Positions 17,704 through 29,939 of a stretch of DNA of 64,000 bases are shown piece by piece (positions within the stretch are counted from its first letter, which is position 1; every line of letters begins with the position of its first letter). The stretch lies in contig DATMBC010000055.1 of NCBI GenBank assembly GCA_035559435.1, positions 45,859 to 109,858 of the forward strand, read 5' to 3'. The notes under the pieces were generated by a model. It saw nothing but the letters and a program-made list of their open reading frames with translations, was not told the origin of the DNA and searched no databases. Made by a program: the position numbers and the translations under genes. The DNA is from a bacterium (lineage in GTDB: Bacteria; Zixibacteria; MSB-5A5; WJJR01).

Positions 17704-19074
17704 TCAGCCGCGTGTCCATGCCCAGATCGCCCGCGGGGAGAGCGGAATCTCGTTGGTGCCCGTCCACAAGAGCAGCGCCCCCGCCGCGCCGATCAGCAGA
17801 TCGGCGCTCCACATCGCCCAGAACGGCGAGACAAAGCCGCGGTCGGCCAGTTTCTCCCCGCCGATGAGAAAAGCCCAATACAGCAAAAACAGCCCGATCG
17901 ACACGCCGATGGCGGTCGCAATCCCTCCGCGCCGTGCCCGCACCGCCAACGGACAGCCGATGAGGACGAAGACCACGCACGCCGCCGGGATCGAGTACTT
18001 CTTGTACACTTCGATTTTGTACTGATCGATCAACCGCTGCTGATTGTCCATCGCCGCCCGCTCGCGCTCGATCATGGCGACCACCCGTGAGGCCCGCTCG
18101 GCGGCCCGCTGACGGGCGTTGAGGCTGTCGGCGGCGGGCAGAAAATCGGGACGGTCGACCGGCATGGGATAGGCGACCATCTGTGAATCGGGCGGTCGGA
18201 GGAAGACCGCCGCCACCCAGGAGGAGCAGGTGCTGTTGATGGTGCGCCAGCGCGAGTCGATCGAGGCCCGCCAGACCGCGATGTCCTCGTTCATTTGCGC
18301 CGCCGACTTCTCGCGGTCGGTGCGATACTCCGTGTCGGTCCGCGTCCACTCGTCGCCCACTCCGCCAAGGTAGAAGGTCTGATGCTCAAAACGCGTGCGG
18401 CGGTACTTGACCCGGTCCTCGGGATCGGGCTCGTGGATCTCGCCGTCGTACAATTCGAGGATCAGCGTGTTGCCGTCCTCCGAGTTGCGCATCGTGCCGG
18501 TCTTCGCCGTCACCGTGCGCGGCTCGGCGCGGTTTTTGTGATCGAAGATCGTTACGTCGGCAATGTCGGAGGTCTTCTCGTCGAGCGACTTGATCAGCAG
18601 ATGGTAGCCGGCGATCCGGTCCTCGAGGACATTGGCCTTCAGGTCCAGCGTCGGACGCTTGCGCCGGATGTCGGACATCAGTTTGCGCGCCTGATGATTG
18701 GCATCAGGCAAAACCTCGTTGTTGAAGACAATCAGCCCGGACGCCATCACCCCCGCCAGGATCAGCACCGGCACGATCATTCGGTACAGAGACACCCCGG
18801 CCGCCTTCATCGCCGTGGTCTCCGAATCGCCCGCCATCCGACCGAAGGCCATCAACGTCCCAGACAGGACCGCCATCGGCACCGCCAGGGCGAACATCCA
18901 GGCGAGATTGAGGACAAACACTTGAATGATCACCCAGGCGGGCAGGCCCTTGGACACCACCATCTTGACCACGTTGGGGATGAAATCGACGACAAGGACC
19001 AGCGTGACGACCACGAGCGCGAACACAAAGGGCCCGTAGTGCTCACGCAGTATGTATCGGTCCAGTCGCGACAT
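17704..19074 (-). CDS. lptF: LPS export ABC transporter permease, LptF/LptG (YjgP/YjgQ) family
   Basis: MSRLDRYILREHYGPFVFALVVVTLVLVVDF... The start was trimmed to the conserved MSRLDRY. Confidence 0.8.
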   Translation of the reverse strand: MSRLDRYILREHYGPFVFALVVVTLVLVVDFIPNVVKMVVSKGLPAWVIIQVFVLNLAWMFALAVPMAVLSGTLMAFGRMAGDSETTAMKAAGVSLYRMIVPVLILAGVMASGLIVFNNEVLPDANHQARKLMSDIRRKRPTLDLKANVLEDRIAGYHLLIKSLDEKTSDIADVTIFDHKNRAEPRTVTAKTGTMRNSEDGNTLILELYDGEIHEPDPEDRVKYRRTRFEHQTFYLGGVGDEWTRTDTEYRTDREKSAAQMNEDIAVWRASIDSRWRTINSTCSSWVAAVFLRPPDSQMVAYPMPVDRPDFLPAADSLNARQRAAERASRVVAMIERERAAMDNQQRLIDQYKIEVYKKYSIPAACVVFVLIGCPLAVRARRGGIATAIGVSIGLFLLYWAFLIGGEKLADRGFVSPFWAMWSADLLIGAAGALLLWTGTNEIPLSPRAIWAWTRG

Positions 19075-19231
19075 GCGGCGTGAATATAGACCCCGCCTTC
19101 TCATACCGACAGTTCATAAGTCTGCGCCACAAACGGCACTTACGGGCTTTCCGCTTGACTTTGCCGCCGGGGGAAGGGATTTTGGGCCGTTTACGGAACC
19201 CATTGGGGTCCAGCGAGTTTAAGAGGGGAAG

Positions 19232-20197
19232 ATGGCCATCCGCGACCTTGCGCCCGGCGACCGCGTCGAAGATTTCTTTGCGCTCCGCAAGTTCGAGCGC
19301 CGCGAGCATCAGGGGGGCGAACGGCTCACGCTGGAGCTCGGCGACGCATCGGGACGCATGGAAGCGGTCATGTGGGAGGGGTATGAATCTCTGCTCGACC
19401 AATTGCGCGCCGGCGATATCGTCAAGGTCCGCGGTCTGGTCGGGACCTACCGCGATCGTCCGCAGATTCGCATCGAAAGGATGCGTCCCGCCGGAGCCGA
19501 CGACCAGGTTGACAAATCGGCCTTCGTCCCCCGCGCGCCGGTCCCGTCTGAAACACTGGCGGCGGAATTGGACCGCTTCATCGGGTCGATCGCCGATCCC
19601 TGGCTTTCACGGTTGCTGGGGTCGCTGCTCGGCGACGGCGCCACGCGCGCGGCCTACCTGCAGGCGGCTGGCGGCAAACGCTGGCACCATGATTCGCTCG
19701 GTGGACTGGCGGAACACTCGCTGAACATGGCGCGCATCGTCGAGCTGCTCTGCCAGGTCTATCCCGATCTGGACCGCGAGCTTCTGATTTGCGGGGCGCT
19801 GCTGCACGACATCGGCAAGATCGAGCAGTATGCCATCGGGTCGATGATCGACTACTCCGATGAGGGCCGGTTGGTCGGGCATATCAACTCCGGTGACTTC
19901 CGCGTCACCAGCGCCATGCGGGCGATCGAGGGGTTTCCGGAACGGACCGAACAACTGCTGCGGCACCTGATCATCTCGCACCAGGGACAGATGGAGACCG
20001 GATCGCCGGTGGTGCCGCAGACGCGCGAGGCGTTCATTCTCTACTACGCCGACGAGATCGACTCCAAAATGGGCGCCCTGCGCCATGTCGCCGAAAAAAC
20101 CGGCGACCGGCCGTGGAGCGAGTTTGTCAATCTGATCGGACGGCACATATACTTCGGCGGGCGGGACCAGGGAACGGCCGCCGGCGCAGATGAATAG
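19232..20197 (+). CDS. OB-fold plus HD-domain phosphohydrolase, YhaM-like 3'-5' exoribonuclease
   Basis: N-terminal OB fold (VKVRGLVGTYRDRPQIRIERM) and HD domain (HHDSLGGLAEHSLNM...LLHDIGK). Confidence 0.7.
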   Translation: MAIRDLAPGDRVEDFFALRKFERREHQGGERLTLELGDASGRMEAVMWEGYESLLDQLRAGDIVKVRGLVGTYRDRPQIRIERMRPAGADDQVDKSAFVPRAPVPSETLAAELDRFIGSIADPWLSRLLGSLLGDGATRAAYLQAAGGKRWHHDSLGGLAEHSLNMARIVELLCQVYPDLDRELLICGALLHDIGKIEQYAIGSMIDYSDEGRLVGHINSGDFRVTSAMRAIEGFPERTEQLLRHLIISHQGQMETGSPVVPQTREAFILYYADEIDSKMGALRHVAEKTGDRPWSEFVNLIGRHIYFGGRDQGTAAGADE

Positions 20198-20206
20198 GAT
20201 GGGGCA

Positions 20207-21235
20207 GTGGGACTCTTCGACCTGATTTCCTCCGACATTGGCATCGACCTCGGCACCGCCAACACGCTGGTCTGGGTGCGCGGCGTCGGCATCGTGCTCA
20301 ATGAACCCTCGGTGGTGGCCACCGAGGTCAGCAGTGGACGCATCCTCGCCGTCGGCTCGGCCGCCAAGGAGATGCTGGGACGCACCCCCGATGAAATCCG
20401 CGCGGTGCGTCCGCTCAAAGACGGCGTGATCGCCGACTTCGAGATCACCGAGAAGTTGCTCTCGGACTTCATCCGCCGGGTGATTCGCCACCGCTACCTG
20501 ATGAAACCCAAAGTGGTGGTCTCGGTGCCGTCGGGGATCACCGAAGTGGAAAAGCGCGCGGTGCGCGATTCGGCCCAGAGCGCCGGCGCCCGCGAGGTCT
20601 TCCTGCTGCAGGAGCCGATGGCCGCCGCCATCGGCGTCGGGCTGCCGGTCGACCAGCCCTCCGGCAACATGGTGATCGACATCGGCGGCGGCACGTCAGA
20701 AATCGCCGTCATCGCCCTTTCGGGGATCGTCAACAACATGTCGATCCGCATCGCCGGCGACGAGATGAACGAGTCGATCGTGCTCTACCTGAAGAAGAAC
20801 TACAACCTCCTGATCGGCGAATTGACAGCCGAGGAAATCAAGATCCGGATCGGCTCGGCCGCGCCCTTGGACCGCGAGGAATCGATCGAGATCAAGGGAC
20901 GCGACCTGATCGCCGGCGTGCCCAAGACAATGAAGATCTCCTCGGTGCAAGTGCGCGAGGCGCTGGAAGAACCCATCGACGCCATTGTCGAGGCGGTCCG
21001 GCAGTCGCTCGAACGCACCCCGCCCGAACTGTCCTCCGACATCCTCGACCGCGGTATCATCCTCACTGGCGGCGGCGCCCTTCTGCGCGGTCTCGACCGC
21101 CGTCTCAGGCAGGAAACCAATCTCCCGGTCAACGTCGCCGATGACCCGCTCACCTGCGTGGTGCGAGGCACCGGACGGGTCCTGGAAAACATGCCGATGT
21201 TTAGCAAGGTGCTGATCAAGAGCCGTCGCGACTGA
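20207..21235 (+). CDS. mreB: rod shape-determining protein MreB
   Basis: MGLFDLISSDIGIDLGTANTLVWVRGVGIVLNEPSVVA..., actin-fold ATPase motifs. Confidence 0.95.
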   Translation: MGLFDLISSDIGIDLGTANTLVWVRGVGIVLNEPSVVATEVSSGRILAVGSAAKEMLGRTPDEIRAVRPLKDGVIADFEITEKLLSDFIRRVIRHRYLMKPKVVVSVPSGITEVEKRAVRDSAQSAGAREVFLLQEPMAAAIGVGLPVDQPSGNMVIDIGGGTSEIAVIALSGIVNNMSIRIAGDEMNESIVLYLKKNYNLLIGELTAEEIKIRIGSAAPLDREESIEIKGRDLIAGVPKTMKISSVQVREALEEPIDAIVEAVRQSLERTPPELSSDILDRGIILTGGGALLRGLDRRLRQETNLPVNVADDPLTCVVRGTGRVLENMPMFSKVLIKSRRD

Positions 21236-21310
21236 TCCGATGTGTCTGTCCGTTCGATATGATGGTGAACAGGGGGCGTAAGCCCCTTGTTTGCCTTTGG
21301 AGCCCTTCGC

Positions 21311-23503
21311 ATGACCCTGACGCCCGACAGCATTATTCACTTCCTGATCCACGACGTTGGACGGCCGGTCAAGCTGCGCGAACTGTCGCACTTGATGCAT
21401 CTGCCAGAGCGCGACTACCCGAAACTGCGCGGCCTGGTCAAGCAGATGCTTTCGTCCGGACGGCTGGTGACGCTCAAGCGCGGACGTCTGGCGCCGCCCG
21501 ATCCGCTCAACCTGATCATCGGCACCGTGGCGGTGCGTCGCGGGCAGCACTTCTTCGTCCGTCTTGATCCACCCGACGAGGACCCCGGGGCGCCGCGCCG
21601 CGAGATCTTTATCCGCCCGCGCGAGCGGCTCACCGCGCTTGACGGCGACCGGGTGATGGTGCGTCTGCATCAGGAAAAAGACGGGCCCACCGAGGAAGGG
21701 GCTATCATCAAGATTCTCGCGCGGGCGCTCAAGCCGATCGTCGGTATCTACCACAAGTCGCGGCACTTCTCCTACGTGGTGCCCGATGCCCCGCACCCGC
21801 TGCGCGAAATCCATGTTCCGCCCGCCCAGACCCGCAAGGCGCAGATCGGCCAGCAAGTGATCGTGCAGATCACCGACTGGGACTCCCCCGATGCCTCCCC
21901 GTCCGGGAAGATCGTCGAGGTGCTCGGCTTCCCCGATGAACCGGGTGTCGACATCGAACGAGTTATCGGTTCCTACAATCTTCCGCGACGTTTCCCCGCC
22001 GAGGTGCTTCAGGAAGCCAAGGCGTTCCCCGACTCGATTCCTCCCGGTGAGCTGAAGGGACGCGAGGACTTTCGCGACCTCATCACCTTCACCATCGACC
22101 CCGCCGATGCCAAGGACCACGACGACGCCGTCTCGATCGAACGCGTGGGCCGTCACTGGCGGCTGGGAGTGCACATCGCCGACGTCAGCCACTATGTCCG
22201 TGAAGGCGGCGCGCTCGATCGCGAGGCCTACGAGCGCGGCACATCGGTCTATCTGGTCGACCGTGTCATCCCGATGCTTCCCGAGCGGCTCTCCAACGAT
22301 CTATGCAGTCTGCGGCCGAAGGTCGACCGGCTGACGCTCTCCTGCATCATCGACCTGAGCGAAACCGGCGAGGTGATCAAGTACCGGTTCGTCGAGGGCG
22401 TGATCCGTTCGCGCGCGAAGTTGAGTTACGAGATGGTCATGGACTACTTCGCGACAGGGGAGAAGACGCGCACAATCGCGCCGCTGGCCGACACGCTCGA
22501 CATGATGCGGGCGCTGGCGCGCCTGCTGCGACGGCGGCGGTTCGCCCACGGCAGTCTCGACCTCGATGTCCCGGAAGCGAAGGTGATTCTCGACGAAGAC
22601 GGCCACCCGGTGGACATCCGGCTGCGGCACTCGGATGAGTCGCACCAGTTGATTGAGGAATTCATGCTGGTGGCCAACCAGTGCGCCGCGCACCGCTTCC
22701 TGCGCAAGAATCTTCCCTGTCTCTATCGCGTCCATGCGCCGCCGGCCCCGGAAAAGATGGAAGAATTCGCCGGATTCGCCGAGCACCTGGGCTTCCGCTT
22801 CTCGGCCGAAGGGGGCGTCACGCCGAAAAAGCTCGCGCAGTTTCTTGAGCAGATCCGCGATGACCCGCGCAAGGACATGATCCACCAGGTCCTGTTGCGC
22901 TCGCTGATGAAGGCGGTCTATCAACCCGACAACGTCGGGCACTTTGGATTGGCGTTCCCGTACTACACGCATTTCACCTCGCCGATCCGCCGCTACCCCG
23001 ATCTGTGGATTCACCGGCACATCAAGAAGCTCGAGTCCAACACCTGGAAGGTGGCGCAACAGAACAGCATGCGCGCCGCGCTGCCGGCCATTGGTCGGCA
23101 AACCTCCGACCGTGAGCGGCAGGCGGAGGAAGCCGAGCGCGAATCAATCCGCATTAAGCAACTGGAGTACCTCTCGCAGCACCTGGGCGACGAATACACC
23201 GGCAAAGTCTCCGGATTCCTCGAGTTCGGCATGTTTGTCTCTCTGGATGGGATCGGCGCCGACGGGCTGGTCCGGTTTTCCGGCATCGACGATGACTTCT
23301 ATGTCTGGGAGCGCGAACGCTGGCAGGTGCGGGGACGCCGACGCGGACGGACCTTCCGTCTCGGCGAAAGCGTTCGTGTGCGCCTGATCCGCACCGATGC
23401 CGAACGTCGCGAGATCGACCTGGAGTTGGTCGCCGAGGAATCACCCCGAAAGCCCAAAGCCGGCGCAGCGCGCCGCTATGGGCGACGATCCCGTCGTCGC
23501 TGA
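21311..23503 (+). CDS. rnr: ribonuclease R (RNB-family exoribonuclease with C-terminal S1 domain and basic tail)
   Basis: RNB motifs ([22 protein letters not shown]), a C-terminal S1 domain, and an RRGRR basic tail. The start was taken at MTLTPDS (21311). Confidence 0.9.
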   Translation: MTLTPDSIIHFLIHDVGRPVKLRELSHLMHLPERDYPKLRGLVKQMLSSGRLVTLKRGRLAPPDPLNLIIGTVAVRRGQHFFVRLDPPDEDPGAPRREIFIRPRERLTALDGDRVMVRLHQEKDGPTEEGAIIKILARALKPIVGIYHKSRHFSYVVPDAPHPLREIHVPPAQTRKAQIGQQVIVQITDWDSPDASPSGKIVEVLGFPDEPGVDIERVIGSYNLPRRFPAEVLQEAKAFPDSIPPGELKGREDFRDLITFTIDPADAKDHDDAVSIERVGRHWRLGVHIADVSHYVREGGALDREAYERGTSVYLVDRVIPMLPERLSNDLCSLRPKVDRLTLSCIIDLSETGEVIKYRFVEGVIRSRAKLSYEMVMDYFATGEKTRTIAPLADTLDMMRALARLLRRRRFAHGSLDLDVPEAKVILDEDGHPVDIRLRHSDESHQLIEEFMLVANQCAAHRFLRKNLPCLYRVHAPPAPEKMEEFAGFAEHLGFRFSAEGGVTPKKLAQFLEQIRDDPRKDMIHQVLLRSLMKAVYQPDNVGHFGLAFPYYTHFTSPIRRYPDLWIHRHIKKLESNTWKVAQQNSMRAALPAIGRQTSDRERQAEEAERESIRIKQLEYLSQHLGDEYTGKVSGFLEFGMFVSLDGIGADGLVRFSGIDDDFYVWERERWQVRGRRRGRTFRLGESVRVRLIRTDAERREIDLELVAEESPRKPKAGAARRYGRRSRRR

Positions 23504-23527
23504 CTGTCCACACAGCGATCCGGGCCC

Positions 23528-23557
23528 TTGCCATTCTGGCCAGATCTCTGCTATTAT
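23528..23557 (+). promoter_or_regulatory. candidate sigma-70 promoter (TTGCCA-18 nt-TATTAT) for the NtrC-family regulator
   Basis: -35 TTGCCA at 23528-23533 and -10 TATTAT at 23552-23557. The ATG is at 23578. Confidence 0.35.
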
Positions 23558-23577
23558 GGCAGAAATCGAGGGCTTGG

Positions 23578-25018
<1,441 letters not shown>

Positions 25019-25029
<11 letters not shown>

Positions 25030-26668
25030 GCGTACCGCCGCATTGGCCCAATTCGTCCTATCTGTCCTATTGGTCCTATTGGTCTTATTGGCCCTTGCCC
25101 CATCCGCCGCCGCCCAGCAACCCGATATCCGCCCCTATGAATCCGAGGAGGATCTCTGGGAAGCGCTCGACCAAGGCGAGATCAGTTTCGAAGATTTCCT
25201 CGATCTTCTGGAACTGGTCCGCGCCGGCGCCGACACACTGACCAACCCTCCCTCCGACTGGGAAGCGCTTCCTGGCTCCGATGCCGGCTATCTGGCCGCC
25301 GATTCATCCCAGCCGATCACTCAACCCCGGCCCGCTGCCGTCACCGGACGTGTCGACCTGCCGCTTCTGACTTCGTGGCGCAGCGGGATCGATGCCGACT
25401 TGAATGAACCCACCGGCAGCGATGGGTACACCGTGGTCCGTTGGCAGAGCGGCGCAGTCCGCGGCCTGTTCGACTGGGAGCATGACCGCGACGAGGGCGG
25501 TCGCTGGCGACGGCGCACCCTCATCTGGCAGACACGCCGGGTCACGATGCAACTCGGCAACCTCGAACCGCGCTGGGGGAGAGGGTTGGTGGTCGGACGC
25601 CGCTCACGGATAGTGCGTTCCGTGGACCGCTCCGGCTCCTTCTGGCAACCTGCGCTCGGGCGGCACGATGGAATCGCCGCGAGCATCGCGCTGGCCCCTT
25701 CCGTGAGGGGAGATGGATTTCTCAGTTTTCTCGACAGCGACAGTCTGACTGAATGGTCGGGCGGGACGCAACTGCGTTGGTCCCGGAAAACGATGGATGT
25801 CGGCCTCAACTGGGCCAGCAGCGTCAACGGCATCGAGAGACCTGAAATTGAGGGCTTCGAGCTGTTCTCCGCTCATGAGGAGCAGGTCTATGGCGCTCAC
25901 ACACGCCTGGGGCATGGCCCGCGGCAGTTGCTGGCTGAATTCGCCATCAACAACCGCGGTGTCTCCGCCAAGGCGGTCGAATTTCTCTGGCCGCTGCAAC
26001 GCGGCCGCTTCCATGCCCGGCTATGGTCATATGGCGATGGCTTCACCAATCCCCTCGGCGGCGGGCCGGGGCACATCGACACACGCGTGGTCGGGCTTGA
26101 ATCGCGCGGAAGGGCGTTCTCCTCACGCACCGCCGGCGAGCGCGGATTCGACTTCTCGACACGGCTGGATGTCGCGCCCGGTATGCGTCTGCGCTGGGAC
26201 TGGATGACTCACCGCGAGGCGCCCGGCGAAAAGCTGGAACACGACGGCGTGTTCCGTGCCGAGGTCCAACGCGACGGTCTGCGTCTGACGCCCTTCGTCC
26301 GGGCCCGCATCGACGAGGACGAAAGCGAGTCCTACTCGCTGGGCAACTACCTCTGGTGGGGGAGGGAGGGACGGCGCCTCAATCTGCGCGCCGAGTATGG
26401 GCGCCATTACAGTCGTGAAGCGCCGTTTGTCCGCGCCGGCGTCGGGCTGGAGTGGCAGCTCAGACGGTTTGTGCGTCTGGCGCCGGCGATCCGCTGGACC
26501 GATCCCGATCTGGATCATCCCGGCGATGGATACTGGTACTTCTACTTCACCGAAGTCGTCACTCCGGCGGCCGGCCTGAAGTTCGAGGCGGCGCTGGTCT
26601 GGAAGCAACTCGAGAATCCGGACGCCAACGATCCGGTTGAATTGCGGGTGCGGCTCGCATTAAGGTAG
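25019..26668 (+). CDS. hypothetical secreted beta-rich protein (possible outer-membrane barrel)
   Basis: Signal peptide [34 protein letters not shown], an acidic helical segment, then Trp/Arg/Gly-rich beta-strand pattern. The start overlaps the regulator's stop. Confidence 0.45.
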
Positions 26669-26672
26669 TAAC

Positions 26673-29600
26673 ATGCTTCGCAGGATGCTTCCCTTACTCC
26701 TTGCGTTCGGTGCGATCCTCCGGATGGCCATGCCGGCCCGGGCCGGTTTGATCCTGAACGAGGCCCTCGCCAACGAACCCGGGTCGGCCACCACACTCGA
26801 GTGGATCGAACTCCTCCATTGGCCTGACACCGGAGCCGACGTTTCGCTGCAGGGATACCGATTGCTCGATGGCGGGTCGATCATCACTTTCGACACCTCG
26901 CTTGTCATCCCCGCCGGCGGCTTTGCCGTTCTCGCGCGCAAGACGATCGGCGCGGCCAGTTTCGAAGCGCGCTGGGGTGACTCGTCCGGTGTCTGGGGCG
27001 ATAGGCCCGATGAATCATTTCCGTTGATCGCGGTCGGCCAGATGTCTTTGCGCAACGCCGGCGACACGGTGCGTCTGGTGTCGCCCACCGGCGATACCTC
27101 GCTCATCCTCTGGGCTTCCGACGCGGGCGATGGACGTTCGATCGAACGGATTCGTCCCGGCGACAACGATGCCCCGTCCAATTTCGCGCCCAGTGTCGCT
27201 CCGTCCGGATCAACGCCGGGATCGCCCAATTCGGTGCTGCCGCCGCGCGGCGATCTGGCCATCGATACCCTCGTCACGGGCCCGCTGCTTCCCACGCCGG
27301 ATGACACGGTGCGCGTCGCCGTGCGCATCCGCAATGTCGGCTTCGGCGATGTCGCCGGCGGCACGCTGACGCTGCGACACGATGGGAGCGCGGCCAGAGT
27401 CATCGTTGCGCGACCCTACCCGGCCATTCCCGAAAGTGGTGAACTCACGCTCGTGCTCGATTGGCCGAACCCGCCCCCGGGGATCAGCCCCGTCACGGCC
27501 TGGCTCAACGAAGACGCCGACAGCTCCAACAATGCACGCACGGTGCCGGTCCTCGTGCGTTTCAATCGACCGCATCTGGTGATCTCCGAGTATCTCGCCA
27601 ATCCCGAAACCCCCGGTCCCGATGAATGGGTGGAGATCGCCAACGTCAGCGACTGGGAGATTCGTCTCGAAGGGCTGCGTGTCGGCGATTCGCTCAATAG
27701 CGAATCGATTCCCGCCACCGCCGGAGCAATCCCTGCCGGCGGATTCCATGTGCTGGCCGAAAACGCGGCCGCCTTCCGCGCTCACTATCCTGACTTCACC
27801 GGAGCGCTCACCGGCATCCCCGGCTGGCGCGCGCTCAACAATACCGGCGATGGCATTCGCTTAATCGGCCCCTCCGGTGAGATCATCGACTCGCTGTCCT
27901 TCCGCCTGACCTATCCCGACAACCGATCGGTGGAACGTGTCGAATTGACGCCATCGTACTCTGTGCCCGGTGACTGGACCGTTTCCGAGGCGCCGCTGGG
28001 CGCCACCCCCGGCACGCCCAATTCGGTGGCGCGCGGCGAAACCGGGTCGCTGATGTTCGATTCCGTCTGGATCGAGCCGGCGCTGCGTCGCTGGGGCGAC
28101 ACACTCACTCTGGCCGCGGCAGTGCGCAATCACCGCTTCGGGCCGGCTTCGGGTTTTATACTGACTGTCCTGCGCGAACTCGACTTCGCCAACCCCGGCG
28201 CACAGCGCGAACCGATCGCTGAACTCGCGATCACGGCGATGGACGAGGGACAGTCGGCGATCCTCGCGTTACCCTGGGTCGATGCGCCTATTGGGTTGCA
28301 GCGTCTGCAGTTTTCGCTGCGCGACGCTCAGGGAACCGCAGCCGACAGCGCCGCGATCGTGATTACCATTCTCTGTCCGCCTTCGCTACTCATCATCTCC
28401 GAGTACATGGCCGCCCCCGTAGCCGGGTTCTCCGGCGAGTGGATCGAATTGTACAATACGGCCACTGTTCCCGTCGACCTGCGCGGTGTCCAGATCGGCG
28501 ACAGCACTGCCTTGTCCAGTCTTCCGCCAACGGCGTCCATCCTGGAGCCGGGGGCGTTTGTGGTGCTGGCTCAGGATGAAGATCAATTCCGCTCCGCGTA
28601 CCAGGAATTCGCCGGCGAAGTACTGACCGTGCCCGCCTGGCGCACACTGGGCGATGGCGGCGATCGCATTCGACTGGCGGGCGCGGGGACTGAGATCATC
28701 GACTCACTGACGTATGCCGCCTTGCCGCAGGATTGGCGATCGCTCGAACGCCGGCAGTTGCTACCGCGGCCCGCTGACCGTCGCGATTGGGGACACAGCA
28801 TCGACCCCTGGGGCGCCACACCGGGACGCCCCAATTCAATCGCCCGGAACGACAACGATCTGGCGTTGACCGGTTTTGGTCTGGATGCGTCGGGCGTCTA
28901 CTGGCCGTCTGCGATCACCGGCTCACTGGAAGTCGTCAACGAGGGCTTCGCCACCGTCGAACAGGCCAAGATCAGCATCGTGGATGGGATCAGCGACACA
29001 GAAGTCTGGTCAACCGTCTTACCGTCCCTGGCGCCGGAGTCGGCTGTGGTCGTTCCCTTCGAGTTCGGGCCGCTGCCGCCCGGGTTTTACATTCTGCGCG
29101 CGGCCGTTCCGGATGATGAGTTTGGTGACAACAACAGCGCCACCCGGTCGATGCAAATCGGGCACACTTTTCCCGGGCTGGTCATCGCGGAATACCTGGC
29201 CGATCCCGCCAGTCCCGGCCCCGGCGAGTGGGTCGAGCTGTACAACGCCTCCGATATGATGCTCACCCTGCGTGGCTGCGGCTTGGGTGACTCGGTGGGC
29301 TATGCGCCGCTCCCGATCTCTGCGCCGTTTGTGCTGGCGCCCGGCGACTACGTCGTTCTCTGCCAAGACCGTGTTGCCTTTCTCGCCTGGTATGCCGGTT
29401 TCACCGGCGACCTCATCGAAGTCCGCAACTGGCGCGAGTTGAACAACGACGGCGACAGGATCCGTTTGCGCGGCGTTCTGGGCGAAATCATCGACTCGCT
29501 GACGTATGTCGAAGGAGCCGGCCACAACCGTTCGTGGGAACGCATCTCCCTGTCGCCGACATACTCCACGCGTGCCGATTGGACCGCATCGGTCGCCGCC

Positions 29601-29939
29601 GCGGGCGCGACGCCGGGCGCGCCCAATTCCGTCGATGCCGCCGCCGCCGGACCGCTGGACGTTGCGGTTTCACCCAACCCCGTCTTCCGCGCCGCGGGAC
29701 AGATCGCCAACATCGTCTACCGTATCGACATCGGCGAACGGCTCACGCTGAAGATCTTCGATCGCGACGGCCACACGGTGCGCACCATCGTCGATGATGC
29801 GCCCAGCGCTTCCGGCTCGATCGCCTGGAATGGCACCGACGACGATGGCGCAGACCTCCGACCCGGTCCATACATCCTGTTGGCCCGCTCCGAACCGGCC
29901 GGATCAACGAAGAAACTCGTGGTGGTGCTGGCCCCATGA
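26673..29939 (+). CDS. large secreted protein with four lamin-tail-domain (LTD) repeats alternating with Ig/CARDB-like modules and a C-terminal T9SS-type sorting domain
   Basis: Four copies of the motif L(I/V)I(S/N)E(Y/A)(L/M)A.P....(D/G)EW(I/V)E(L/I).N......L.G..(V/I)GDS are present. The C-terminus VSPNPV...LKIFDRDGHTVRTIV...SIAWNGTDDDGADLRPGPYILLAR...KKLVVV fits the T9SS CTD pattern. An N-terminal signal peptide is present. Confidence 0.75.
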   Translation: MLRRMLPLLLAFGAILRMAMPARAGLILNEALANEPGSATTLEWIELLHWPDTGADVSLQGYRLLDGGSIITFDTSLVIPAGGFAVLARKTIGAASFEARWGDSSGVWGDRPDESFPLIAVGQMSLRNAGDTVRLVSPTGDTSLILWASDAGDGRSIERIRPGDNDAPSNFAPSVAPSGSTPGSPNSVLPPRGDLAIDTLVTGPLLPTPDDTVRVAVRIRNVGFGDVAGGTLTLRHDGSAARVIVARPYPAIPESGELTLVLDWPNPPPGISPVTAWLNEDADSSNNARTVPVLVRFNRPHLVISEYLANPETPGPDEWVEIANVSDWEIRLEGLRVGDSLNSESIPATAGAIPAGGFHVLAENAAAFRAHYPDFTGALTGIPGWRALNNTGDGIRLIGPSGEIIDSLSFRLTYPDNRSVERVELTPSYSVPGDWTVSEAPLGATPGTPNSVARGETGSLMFDSVWIEPALRRWGDTLTLAAAVRNHRFGPASGFILTVLRELDFANPGAQREPIAELAITAMDEGQSAILALPWVDAPIGLQRLQFSLRDAQGTAADSAAIVITILCPPSLLIISEYMAAPVAGFSGEWIELYNTATVPVDLRGVQIGDSTALSSLPPTASILEPGAFVVLAQDEDQFRSAYQEFAGEVLTVPAWRTLGDGGDRIRLAGAGTEIIDSLTYAALPQDWRSLERRQLLPRPADRRDWGHSIDPWGATPGRPNSIARNDNDLALTGFGLDASGVYWPSAITGSLEVVNEGFATVEQAKISIVDGISDTEVWSTVLPSLAPESAVVVPFEFGPLPPGFYILRAAVPDDEFGDNNSATRSMQIGHTFPGLVIAEYLADPASPGPGEWVELYNASDMMLTLRGCGLGDSVGYAPLPISAPFVLAPGDYVVLCQDRVAFLAWYAGFTGDLIEVRNWRELNNDGDRIRLRGVLGEIIDSLTYVEGAGHNRSWERISLSPTYSTRADWTASVAAAGATPGAPNSVDAAAAGPLDVAVSPNPVFRAAGQIANIVYRIDIGERLTLKIFDRDGHTVRTIVDDAPSASGSIAWNGTDDDGADLRPGPYILLARSEPAGSTKKLVVVLAP

